DNA from: Octopus vulgaris
Lineage: Eukaryota
NCBI GenBank assembly: GCA_951406725.2
Contig: OX597824.1
Coordinates: 86,738,001-86,802,000 of the forward strand
DNA length: 64,000 bases
Direction of reading: 5' to 3'
The notes below the pieces were generated by a model. It did not search any database. It was given only the letters and a program-made list of their open reading frames with translations, and was not told the DNA's origin. Positions 1 through 11,071 of the stretch are shown here, piece by piece (within the stretch, counting starts at the first letter, position 1; each line of letters begins with the position of its first letter). The position numbers and the translations under genes were made by a program.

Positions 1-146
1 CCCCTATGTCTAACTTTACCCCCACACCTGGGCTACTGAGGAAACAATATATAAACACCATAGGAAGCTCAGGTGCAACAATTTCAGGCAAACTAATTTC
101 AGACAGAATTAGCAGCATCTTCCTTTTCTACATATATTTTTTTTAT

Positions 147-340
147 TACTTTTCGTTTTGGGATTTGGTTTGCAAGATTCTTTATATGAGTTTGTGTGTT
201 GAAGCATATTCTGTTGTGTCTGGGGAGAGTCATTTTCTTTTTGTGGCTTATAATGTAACGCACTCACCTGTAAAATTTCCACTTATTTCTTATTTTTATT
301 TTCCTAAAATTTTCGTTGCGTCTTGCAACCTTTTCAATAG
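147..340 (-). mobile_element. Penelope-like element 5'/pLTR fragment
   Basis: Minus strand reads a hammerhead-like motif followed by ATG-TLPRHNRICFNTQTHIKNLANQIPKRK. The same fragment recurs at ~32236-32412; related starts at ~1917-1990 and 49076-49147 (MTFPKYNNICFNTRFHIRNLAKRI). Penelope assignment is inferred. Confidence 0.55.
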
Positions 341-470
341 TCTTGACTCTTTTTTTATTACTGCTTTACCAGGAATCCAGCAGAGATTTGCACTTTTATT
401 AACCCTGTTGTGCTGTATTCCCATTAGAGTGGCAATACAGCAAAGTAATTTTGCTCCTCAGTAAAAGTAA

Positions 471-471
471 T

Positions 472-505
<34 letters not shown>

Positions 506-615
506 GCCATCCAAGAATTTGGACCTGGAGATCTCCATTTCCAGCGACTTCGAGGGCCACCTCCCAGTGGTGTCGGGTGTCAACGAAGAGCCCTCGACTA
601 CAACAAGACGACCAA
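471..615 (-). mobile_element. LINE 3' end with (ATG)n tail
   Basis: Short ORF end (…KSLEMEISRSKFLDG*) directly followed by a (TGA)n microsatellite tail on the minus strand. Confidence 0.4.
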
Positions 616-1039
616 ATTTTTTTTTTTCCATAAATAAAAAAAATGGTTGAGAACCCCGGCTTTGGATGTCTGTATTGGTATATACTACAAGAAACAGCCA
701 GGTTTTTTTCTCTAACATTTTACATAGGAATTTTGAAAGAAGTTTCTATAAAAAATAGGTTTTAAACAACAAATGCAAGGGTGGGAGTGGGGGCGTTCTA
801 CTAGAATAAAATAGTAATCGAAAGGGTCTATGGTTGAGAACCCCGCGACTATAGGTACAATTCATCGGACAGATTTTTCAATCAGTTTTTATCAACATTA
901 TGTCTCCCCCCACAAGGCTTAGATTTACCCAAGGTTATAAAAGGAATATTTTCTGAAGATGTTATGTGATGGATTGAACCCAGGATCTTGTGAGTGCAAA
1001 GCAAGCTTCTTAACCGAGTGCCCGAGCTGTGTCTACACA

Positions 1040-1330
1040 TACATTACACATGTATAAATATACACATGTTTGCGTGCAGATACAGACACTCAGACACGCC
1101 TACATTTATAAGTACAAACACACAGATACATTTATACATGCACTCACACTATTGTACATAAATAAATACATAGATACACATATATACGTACATACTTACA
1201 TATATACAAACATACATACATACACACACACAAACATACATACACACATACATACATACATACAAACATACACACGCACACACATACATACACACACACA
1301 TACATATATACACACATACGTACATACGTA
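1040..1330. repeat. (CA)n/(CATA)n low-complexity tract
   Basis: Directly visible; explains the HT/YI-rich ORFs here. Confidence 0.9.
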
Positions 1331-1996
1331 GAATTCATGAACAATAGAAACTTTTTCCAATCTATGGGGAAGTTCATCTTATCTTTTAAATATTTTAATG
1401 TCAGTGTCATTGCCTACAGCTTTATCTCTTATCAGCTTTTGTCTGCAGAACATAATTATACGTGTGTGTGTGTGTGTGTGTGTGTTTTGATCCACCAGAA
1501 GCAATAAAGGACTCAATACAAGTGCAGAGTATCCGTTAATACATTATAACTGAAAGGCTCCGATTTCCAATACTCAGAGTTACTCATTTCCAATCATTAG
1601 CTACTCTTTTACTCGTTTACCTATTTACTTGTTTCAGTCATTTGACTGTGGTCATGCTGGAGCACCGCTTTTAGTCGAGCAAATCGAGCAAATCGACCCC
1701 AGGACTTATTCTTTGTGTTTACATCCCCGTAACTTAGCGGTTCAGCAAAAGAGACCGATAGAATAAGTACTAGGCTTTCAAAGAATAAGTCCTGGGGTCG
1801 ATTTGCTCGACTAAAACAGGTGGTGCTCCAGCATGGCCACAGTCAAATGACTGAAACAAGTAAAAGAGTAATTTTCTATATGACGGAGCGTTTGTTTATT
1901 GGGCAAGAAAAAAAAAGTGACTACCCTGAAATATAACAATATTTGTTGCAACACACAGTTTCACATCAAGAATCTTGCAGAACAAATTCATAAATA

Positions 1997-2741
1997 TTGG
2001 GTTGTCCGGAAAGTTCATGCCAATTTATAGTAGCTTACATTTCGACTTATTTTAGAACATGGTTGAGTCCATAAAATAAGATTTGACTATACCTCCATTT
2101 AGAGCACAGTTTAAGCCATCTTTTCGTGGAAGAAGGTTTATGTTCCTATAACCTGTGTTAATTCTGTAACCCTTTAAAATGGAAGATAAGAAAGTTCATT
2201 TTCGGCACTTGATGCTTTGGGAACCAGACAAAAATTGCTGCAGCTCAGCTGGGATGTGTTACCCACCCTCCATATTCACCAGATATTGCTCCTTCGGATT
2301 TCCACTAATTCAGGTCTCTGAAGAATAGTCTTAATAATAATAATAATAATGAAATTATTGTATACAGTGCTCAGGTGCACCACAACTTGTCAGAAAGTGC
2401 ATATAAAGTACATGCAGTAATGTAGAAATGTCTGGAAAGCGAACAATGTATGAGTCAGATACATGCTCGTGTGTGTATGGAGGGGAGAAAATCAAGTGTA
2501 GTGTAGTGTTAATGGTAAAAATTTCAAATTCCTTGGATGGCGTAAAAAGATACCTTGATGAATTCTTTGCCATGAAACCACCCCAATTCTGGGAAGAGGG
2601 TATTTTCAAGTTAAAGGAAAGATGGAGATGCATTGTGCAACAAAATGGTTCACATTTGGTTGATTAAAAATTGTAATGGCAAATATTCATTGGCTTTTTT
2701 CTTTCCTTTAAAAACTGGTACGAACTTTCCGGACAACCCAA
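1997..2741 (+). mobile_element. Internally deleted mariner element with nested LINE 3' end
   Basis: TA-flanked TIRs TTGGGTTGTCCGGAAAGTTC…GAACTTTCCGGACAACCCAA. Transposase remnants MEDKKVHFRHLMLWE, HPPYSPDIAPSDFH and FWEEGIFKLKERWRCIVQQNG. An insert at ~2335-2510 has a (TAA)n tail. Confidence 0.9.
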
Positions 2742-3119
2742 TATATTTTAATAATCCCACTTATTTTATTTTCAACCTTCTCAATCTCATTAATATTGCT
2801 TATACTTCATAACAAAGTTATTTCCCCTCACCCAATAACTGACATACTTCTTTTTGTTGGTTTCAATTTATAATTCCGTCATATTCTTGACTGCTCAGAC
2901 TAGAAGATAATTATTTTGTTTTTCTAGCATATGAATTGATTTCACTCTTTACTTTCCATAAACGGAATGTAACTGTTGTCTGTCTGTCTGTCTCTCTGCC
3001 TGTGGTTCTCTAGTCATCATTTCGTCTCTCTTTCCTCTATCTAAACCGTTCTTAATTGACATTTCAAGGTTCTGAAAAGGTCTGTCTGGAAAGAGTTTGC
3101 ATTCTGCAAGCAATCATTG

Positions 3120-3139
3120 ATATATATATATATGCATAA

Positions 3140-3206
<67 letters not shown>

Positions 3207-3240
3207 TATATATATGTGTGTGTGTGTGAGTGTGTATATG

Positions 3241-3312
<72 letters not shown>

Positions 3313-3320
3313 GTGTGTCT
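3120..3320. repeat. (TA)n/(TG)n microsatellite
   Basis: Directly visible. Confidence 0.95.
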
Positions 3321-4237
3321 TTGTGTTTATGTTTGCTCCTCGTTACCACATGCCAAACTGTGTTGGTTTGTTTATGTCTCCATAACTTAGCAATTCAGCA
3401 ATAGAGACTGATAAAATAGGTATCACACTTTGTAAAAATAAGTACCAGGTTTGACTTTTTGGGGGGACTAAAATCAATCAAAGGGGCACCCTTTGCATGG
3501 CCACAGTCCAATGACTGAAACATGTAAAAAATAAAATTTGAAAGATTATGCAATGAAAAAATCAAAAAAGAAAATGAATAAATTTACCATTTTTTTTTTT
3601 TTTTTTTGGGTAAAATAATTCCATGTGAAGGCACCAGTTTTAACATGTTCTCTCTTCAGAAATACTGACCACAAAACAGTTGAAAGTGAATATATTTTTT
3701 ATTTGTACATAATTGTGAAACAAAGTGAAATTAAACGATATTTTGAACTTCATACAATGTAATAATGAACATTGCTCTTAATTGATAAGTAGATGTAGAT
3801 TGTAAAATGACAATGAGAGTTCATGCGGAATTTGGCACAAACCACTCTATCTTCACAATCTAGTTATTTCTAAATGCATTTCTAGTAACATCTAAACACA
3901 TCAACAAAGCTTTAAAACTGTATTACAAAACCACCTTAAAACAAATATTTCCTATTTAGTCCCCCAAAATATAAAACTTGAACAACCTTTAAAATAATTT
4001 CCATATGGTAACCCTAGCTCCAAATATCATGCTAGAATGCCAATGGTTTCCAATAAATTCAAAAAGATTTTAAAAAAGCTGAAAGTTTATAGAATTATCA
4101 GAGTTTCGGACAAAATGCCTAGCGGCATTTCTTCCAGCCCCGTGACAAGGCCCTATTGCTGAAGTAAATGAAAAAAAATAAATAGGGATAACGTTTGAAA
4201 TTATTCATTTTTTTTCTTTTTGAATTATCTATGGTTG

Positions 4238-4279
<42 letters not shown>

Positions 4280-4280
<1 letters not shown>

Positions 4281-4556
4281 ACCGTGACTGACCAGGCTAT
4301 CAGATGTTGTTACACATCGCTGGTCACAATGCGCTTCGCATTGTCTTAGCCTTCAAATGAAGCCACCCCGCTGGCTAAGCAAGCAGGCCAACAAAAGAAA
4401 GAGTGAGAGAAAGTTGTGGTGAAAAAGTATAGCAGGGATCGCCACCACCCCCTGCTAGAGCCTTGTGGAGCTTTAGGTGTTTTTGCTCTGGGAATCGAAA
4501 CCGTGATCCTATAACCGCGAGTCTGCTGCCCTAACCACTGGGCCATTGCACCTCCA
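4280..4556 (-). mobile_element. tRNA-derived SINE (family 'GGAGGCGCAATGGCCCAGTGG')
   Basis: A/B-box head on the minus strand; further copies at ~12545-12900 and ~56220-56518. Confidence 0.8.
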
Positions 4557-4579
4557 CATATATAATATATATATATAGT

Positions 4580-4900
4580 GAGGGCGCGTGGCTTAGTGGT
4601 TAGGGCATTCGGCTCATGATCGTAAGGTTGTGAGTTCGATTCCCGGCGACGCGTTGTGTCCTTGAGCAAGACACTTTATTTCACGTTGCTCCAGTCCACT
4701 CAGCTGGCAAAAATGAGTTGTACTTGTATTTCAAAGGGTCAGCCTTGTCACTCTCTGTGTCACGCTGATTATCCCCGAGAACTACGTTAAGGGTACACGT
4801 GTCTGTGGAATGCTCAGCCATTTGCACGTTAATTTCACGAGCAAGCTGTTCCGTTGATCGTATCAGCTGGGACCCTCGTCGTCGTAACCGGCGGAGTCTT
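4580..4900 (+). mobile_element. tRNA-derived SINE (family 'GGCGCGTGGCTTAGTGGTTAGG')
   Basis: A box TGGCTTAGTGG and B box GTTCGATTCCC. Related copies at ~42225-42465, ~43857-44270 (two heads) and ~59940-60260. Confidence 0.85.
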
Positions 4901-4952
4901 TGAAATATATATATATATAAGATATATATAAATCAACTTGCGTGGTGGATTT

Positions 4953-5082
4953 TGACGCGTGCTATTGGTCTCATAATTATCGGTTAGTCTTGGATGGCTC
5001 AGTTATTGATGAAGATTTGCCTTGTAAATTATTTTATATACTAAAAAAATCTGAAACCTATAGGTATAACTGTACAAACGAG
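4953..5082 (+). promoter_or_regulatory. Candidate core promoter and non-coding first exon of the bZIP gene
   Basis: TGACG CRE half-site (4953), ATTGG (4964), Inr-like TCAGTT (4999) and donor AG|GTAAAA (5082/5083). The ATG exon at 5744 is preceded by an acceptor, so an upstream exon is expected. Confidence 0.35.
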
Positions 5083-5216
5083 GTAAAAGTTTTTATTTTT
5101 GCATTCCCTTTGAAATTGCTTAAATTTTATGGTTTTTGGTCATTTTGACTGTCTCCTAGCGTGTAGACATTGCCTGTTATAGGTAATTTCTCTTGTGTTT
5201 AAATGTACAGTATTTC

Positions 5217-5259
<43 letters not shown>

Positions 5260-5341
5260 TATATTCCGGCTTCACAGACCCCAGTTAAACCGTCCAACCC
5301 ATGCTAGCATGGAAAACGGATGCTAAATGATGATGATGATG

Positions 5342-5342
<1 letters not shown>

Positions 5343-5376
<34 letters not shown>

Positions 5377-5566
5377 TGTGTACAGTGCTCAGGTGCACTA
5401 CAACTCATCTAAAGTGTATATATAATCAGGTGTAGTTTCGGCGGATTTCGGAAAGCATGAGGGCCTTAAAAGATGCAGTGTCATGGCAGTCAACAACTGA
5501 CGCAGGCAGTTTATTCCATGCTTCAGCAACTCTGAGCGTGAAAAAATGTTTCCGAAAGTCATGGGG
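5343..5566 (-). mobile_element. CR1-like LINE 3' end
   Basis: Minus strand encodes HDFRKHFFTLRVAEAWNKLPASVV…, the typical CR1 ORF2 C-terminus, followed by a (TTA)n tail. Confidence 0.8.
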
Positions 5567-5749
5567 ATGATATATATATTGTTATATACACACGACTTCA
5601 CATAAAAAAATCTTGCATAACAAATATATATATATATATATATGTTTGTTGTATGTATGTATGTATGTATGTATGTATGTATGTATGTATGCATGTATGT
5701 ATATATATATATTGATCTTTTTTTCTTTCCTTCTTTAAATTAGGTCAAA

Positions 5750-5920
5750 ATGTATACAAGACTTGATCCGGAGATTGAAGAATGCCTGAAACAATGTCAG
5801 CTGCAGAATTCTGCTAGTCCTATGACCAAGCAGTATTTGAAGCTTAACATCCTGAATAAAAGACATGCCAATGGACTGAGCCCGATTAATACTACATTTA
5901 CTGGAGAGAAAAAATATCGA
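5750..5920 (+). CDS. ATF3/Fos-like bZIP transcription factor, coding exon 1
   Basis: Acceptor ttag at 5743, ATG at 5750, donor GTAAGT at 5921. PMTKQYLKLNILNKRH resembles the ATF3/JDP2 N-terminal PxxKEELRxxIQxKR motif. Confidence 0.8.
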
Positions 5921-6192
5921 GTAAGTTTTATTACCTTTTAACCCTTTAAGCATTTAAACTGGCCCATATCTGGCCCAAAATAATCTACCAGTTTTATCAC
6001 TGAACCTGACAGATACCACGGTATGGATACTGTCTGGTGGTATGCGCTACTGTAACCACAGAACTGACCAATACCTTATGAGTGAGACTGGGAGACGGAA
6101 ACTGAAAGAAGCCTGTTCTGTATGTGTGTGTTTATGTCTGTCTGTCCGTTTATCTGTTTATCTATCTGTCTGTCTGTCTGTCTGTCTATCTG

Positions 6193-6283
<91 letters not shown>

Positions 6284-6296
6284 ATATATATATATA

Positions 6297-6739
6297 GGTG
6301 CAGGTGTGGCTGTGTGGTAAGAAGCTTGCTTCCGAACAACATTGCTCTGGGTTCAGTCCCATTGTGTGGCACCTTGCGCAAGTATCTTCTACTACAGCCT
6401 TGGGCCAACAAAAGCCTTGTGAGTGGATCTGGTCGATGGAAACTGAAAGAAGCCTGTCGTATATGCATATGTGTGTGTGTGTGTGTGTGCGTGTGTGTGT
6501 GTGTGTGTATGTTTGTGTGTCTGTGTTTGTCCCCCCAACATCGCTTGAGAACCGATGCTGGTGTGTTTAAGTCACCGTAACTTTGCAGTTTGGCAAAAGA
6601 GACCGATAGAATAAGTACTGGGCTTACGAAGAATAAATCCTGGGGTCGATTTGCTCGACTAAAGGCAGTGCTCCAGCATGGCCACAGTCAAATGACTGAA
6701 ACAAGTAAAAGAGTAAAAGAGTAAAAGAGTAAAAGAGTA
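6297..6739 (+). mobile_element. tRNA-derived SINE with internal (TG)n and (GTAAAAGA)n tail
   Basis: Very abundant family. Copies at ~1610-1870, 7334-7697, 31660-32010, 38077-38240, 47883-48290(-), 58617-59007(+) and 60284-60686(-). Confidence 0.9.
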
Positions 6740-6841
6740 TGTGTATGACACTTGAAGCCAATAATGAAAATAATGAAGTCGGTGATGGAAGAGGAGAAAT
6801 GTTCTGAGTACTAATGACGACTGTTTTGTCTTTTTGAACAG

Positions 6842-6949
6842 TTGAGACCCGATGAAGAGATGAAGAAAGAGAAGCGGCGAGAACAGAACCGGAGAGCCGC
6901 TGCTAAATGTCGCAACAAGAAAAAATGGGAAGAAAGGCTTTCTCAAGCT
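6842..6949 (+). CDS. ATF3/Fos-like bZIP, basic-region exon
   Basis: 108-nt phase-0 exon (cag|…|GTAAGT) encoding RREQNRRAAAKCRNKKK. Size and position match the Fos/ATF3 basic-region exon. Confidence 0.92.
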
Positions 6950-7483
6950 GTAAGTAGTCGATACTTTACTAATACTGTATATTACATTATTTGTATTTCA
7001 ATTAAGCGCTGGTATGTTAGTTTGGGGCAATGTTTTGAGATGGTGCTAGTGTCATCATTTAGAGGGAAGAATATTATATGAGACTTTGTTGTATCTAGGG
7101 AGGGTCATTGGGCCACTGATGAACATACACACACTGGTTCTATTTTGTTTCTTTATTATTTGTTAATTGGATGACTATTTAACCAATGAAATATTCAGTT
7201 CTTTGATTGAATAATTTGGTCAATAATTAATCAATCAGTTATGCATGCTTGTCAAAGTCAAAGTTCATACAACACCATTTGCAGACTCATAAACAACTTA
7301 CACTATGGGAAGAATATCTCTCTAAACGATTCCTGCTGTGGTAAATAGCTTGCTTACCAACCACATAGTTCTGGGTTCAGTTCCACTGCATGGCACCTTG
7401 GGCAAGTGTCTTCTACTATAGCCTCGGGCCGACCAAAGTCTTGTGAGTGGATTTGGTAGGTGGAAACTGAAAGAAGCCCGTCG

Positions 7484-7516
<33 letters not shown>

Positions 7517-7792
7517 TTGTCCCCCAACATTGCTTTACAACCAATGCTGGTGTGTTTATGTCCCCATAACTTAGCGGTTCAGCAAAAGAGACTGATAGAA
7601 TAAGTACTAGGCTTAGAAAGAATAAGTCCTGGGGTCGATTTGCTCCAGCATGGCCATAGTCAAATGACTGAAACAAGTAAAAGAATAAAAGAATAACATA
7701 TTGTAACCTTGTGCTTTTTTTATACATACTAAACTTTCTGAAATGTTAAGTAAAAACCTGGATTTAATTTTTCTTTCTTTTATCAATTTCAG

Positions 7793-8824
7793 AATCTCTT
7801 GGAAGAAGAAAAAAAACAAATAATGTTAAAAAGCGTCGTAACGAAGCTTACAAATATGAAACAAAATATGGGAAGGCTGTTGTCTAATCTCACAGATGAA
7901 GTTAGAGACATCAACTCCAATGAACTTTATGGCCATCCTAGCTTCAGGGATATTACTCAGGACTGGACAAGGCAAACGTATCCCCAAACGGAAACGTATG
8001 AAGGAAATTACCTGAATGATAATCTTATCAATAACACACCTGCACATACAAATACATTTAATGCTTATCAACAGCCAATTTATTATCCATCGGCTTCCTT
8101 TGAAGCATCCTCTCCTGTAAATGTTTCTGATCAAAAATACGATCAATCTAAAATTTCTTCGAGCTTTAATGGCTTTTATTGCCTTCCTGGATCAAATAAT
8201 CTGGATATCAGTGGAAGTTTCAGTAGCTGCTCTGACATTTCAAGCACGTCTCCCTCCAGTGTTATGTCTGGTTCACAGTATAGTCTTACTAGTTATGATT
8301 CTGCCGGTTCTGAGACTGCTTTTGACTGGAGTGATAACGAGAACTCCCAAACATCCACTTTTGCAAATAACAACACAAATTTTGGTTCGTCATCTTATGT
8401 AAATTACAACATCAATCAGGATGATGTATTTACTGATATATATAACAACATCGACCTTGGTGCACCTGTTGATGTAAGTAATGGTACCAGCTTCAGTAAC
8501 AACATTGACTTTAATGCTTTTCCAAGACTAAACAGCAACATCAACCACGGCGGCACATATACTAATAGAAACGGTGATGGATTTCTTGACAGAATTAGCA
8601 ACTTTAATTTTGGGACTGAAACTGTAAATAACATGCAGTTAGACAACACTGATTTCATTTTAGGGAAATCTAATTCCTGCAATCAAAACATGGACAAAAT
8701 ATTACATCTACAACCCGTTGATGGATCCCCCACTCTGAATGAAAACATTTTATATAAGATTATGGATAAATATCCACCCCAATGTGTAAATACTCATAAC
8801 AATGATCTGCCTTACTTAAAATGA
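7793..8824 (+). CDS. ATF3/Fos-like bZIP, zipper and long S/N-rich acidic C-terminal exon
   Basis: Acceptor tttcag at 7792, in frame with the 341-aa ORF 7799-8824; heptad L/L/M residues near the start. Confidence 0.88.
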   Translation, partial: NLLEEEKKQIMLKSVVTKLTNMKQNMGRLLSNLTDEVRDINSNELYGHPSFRDITQDWTRQTYPQTETYEGNYLNDNLINNTPAHTNTFNAYQQPIYYPSASFEASSPVNVSDQKYDQSKISSSFNGFYCLPGSNNLDISGSFSSCSDISSTSPSSVMSGSQYSLTSYDSAGSETAFDWSDNENSQTSTFANNNTNFGSSSYVNYNINQDDVFTDIYNNIDLGAPVDVSNGTSFSNNIDFNAFPRLNSNINHGGTYTNRNGDGFLDRISNFNFGTETVNNMQLDNTDFILGKSNSCNQNMDKILHLQPVDGSPTLNENILYKIMDKYPPQCVNTHNNDLPYLK

Positions 8825-9254
8825 ATTCTAAAAGTGTCAAATAGTAGGACCTACAGGAAATTTGAACCGAAAACACAGGAAACTATCAATTCCCCTGTTT
8901 AAACCATTTTAACATAATCCACGTTTCCAGCATGGATGAGAATTTAATAGGGACCATTTGCTGTTACAACAGTAAAGGGAATGACTACAAGAAATCTCAC
9001 TAGTCAGATCTGTGGATAATCTAATTGCCAGAGTATTCAATTACCTGACTCCACACATAGTGCCGTCTGACTTGCCCCTTCTGTTGTGGTCAACACTAGG
9101 ACCAGGATCTATGGGTATACAGAAACAGAGTGGACAATGAGGAGAGCACATGTTCAGGCTGCTCCCCTATATCGTTAACTACTTCATGCCAGAGTCTACC
9201 TCATCATCATCATTGTTTTAATGTCCACTTCTCCATGCTTGCATGGGTTGGACA

Positions 9255-10365
9255 GAATCGGTTGAGGCAGATTTTCTATAGCTGAATGGCCTTCCTTTTG
9301 CCAACCCTCACCTGTGCCCAAGTAAGGTAATATTTCACCTGTTTCTTTACCACCCACAAGGGGCTAAACATAGAGGAGACAAACAAGGACAGACAAATGG
9401 ATTAAGTCGATTACATCGACTCCAGTGTGTAACTGGTACTTATTTAATCGACGCCGAAAAGATGAAAGCCAAATTCGACCTCGGAGGAATTTGAACTCAG
9501 AACGTAATGACAGACGAAATATGGCTACGCATTTTGCCTGGCATGCTAACATTTCTGCCAGCTTGCCGCCTTAAAGGTAATATTTCACCATGATCAGAAG
9601 ACTGGAAATGGAGGACACTGCTTGTATGAGGGTGACATTCGTTTACAACTATCACATGAATCTAAGGCAAAGCGAAAGTATCTTACATGTGCATGCGCAC
9701 ACACACATGCATACACATATTAACAAGCTACTTTCACTTTCTATTTACAAAATCTACCCACGACACTTTGGTCAGTCCATGGATGTAGCAGAAGACCTGA
9801 GTCCATGATGGTCAGGAAGTTCATGGAGGACATGGAGTGTGTGAAACAAGAGGTCTATAAGTCGTTCTCATTTGTCCATCTGACGACTTACCTACCTCTG
9901 GTCAGCTCAATCAGGGTTGATTAAAGGTGGTCATACAACAATAACAACTACAACAACAGCAGCTGAGACTATTCAACAAGTACACAAAACTATTTTTCAA
10001 AAAGTACTCCAATATCTTCAAGATACAATCAGAATTATATTATAATAATACAAATCTGAAAATATATGTAAAATAATCAAAGAGAATTTTATATTTATTT
10101 AACAAATTATTTAACTTATATATTTATTTTTATTTATATTGTGTATTAAAATTTCTTCCATAAATAATACATTTCAATGGTTTTTATTTATTTGTTTCAT
10201 CTCACCATACAGGCACAAGTGTAACTGTGGGGTTAAGAGGCTTGCTTTCCAACCAAATGGTCTCGGTTTCAGTCCCACTGTACGGCACTTGGGGCAAATA
10301 TCTACTACTATAACCATGGGCTGTTCAATGCTATGTGAGTTAATTTGGTAGACAGAAAATGAGTG
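9255..10365 (+). repeat. Segment A (3' flank/UTR of the bZIP gene), present as an inverted copy at ~23060-24300
   Basis: Non-TE stretches such as ctacctctggtcagctcaatcagggttgattaaagg match the reverse complement at ~23806-23840. Confidence 0.9.
9342..9575 (-). mobile_element. tRNA-derived SINE (family 'GGCGGCGAGCTGGCAGAAACG')
   Basis: Copies at ~24540-24772, 25070-25455, 38780-39175, 46393-46885 (nested), 47065-47160, 50730-51060 and 57560-57790. Confidence 0.9.
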
Positions 10366-10371
10366 GAAATG

Positions 10372-10548
10372 CAGCACCCACTACACTCTCGGAGTGGTTA
10401 GCGTTAGGAAGGGCATCCAGCTGTAGAAACTCTGCCAGATCAAGATTGGAGTCTGGTGCAGCCATCTGGTTTGACAGTCCTCAATCAAATCGTCCAACCC
10501 ATGCTAGCATGGAAAGCGGACATTAAATGATGATGATGATGATGATGA
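10372..10548 (+). mobile_element. Retroposon with (GAT)n tail and internal GTGCCACCGGCAC repeats
   Basis: Ends CCAACCCATGCTAGCATGGAAAGCGGAC(G/A)TTAAA-(TGA)n. Copies at ~11775-12010, 22785-23045, 30260-30470, 45395-45770, 49155-49545, 51430-51752, 57975-58245, 61975-62145 and 63155-63435. Confidence 0.85.
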
Positions 10549-10842
10549 TATATATATATATATATATATATATATCATTATCCTTTATCTTTCGTTTTCC
10601 ACGCTGGCATGGCTTGGGCAGTCTGACCAGAGCTGACAAGCTGGTGAACTGCACCAGGTTCAACTCTGATTTCGCTTGGTTTCTACAACTAGGTGCCTTT
10701 CCTAATCCCCACCACCACCACACACACACACACGCACATACAGTACTAAGCTTAAAAAGAATAAGTCCTAGGGTTGATTTCTTCGACCAACACCTTTTAA
10801 GGCAGTCAAATGACTGAAACAAGTAAAAGAATACATACCAAC

Positions 10843-10880
<38 letters not shown>

Positions 10881-10883
<3 letters not shown>

Positions 10884-11025
10884 GGTCCCGGGTTGATTCG
10901 GGGTTAACCACAGTAAATAAGGTACTCAATACATAGCAGAGTAAAATTAATTTATTATATAGAAGGAGCTTCTACAGGACTAGAACAGTTCTAGTCCTGT
11001 AGAAGCTCCTTCTATATAATAAATA
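10881..11025. mobile_element. Penelope-like fold-back fragment
   Basis: Hairpin centred at ~10986. Same family as 49766-49966 but lacks the ribozyme core. Confidence 0.7.
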
Positions 11026-11038
11026 AAAAAATTAAAAA

Positions 11039-11071
<33 letters not shown>

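Noticed and set aside
1029-3404. ORFs rich in YI/HT/CV repeats (also many elsewhere)
   Set aside because: Translations of (TA)n, (CA)n and (TG)n microsatellites.
4580-4655. tRNA genes at SINE heads
   Set aside because: A/B boxes continue into multicopy SINE bodies and no convincing cloverleaf is seen.
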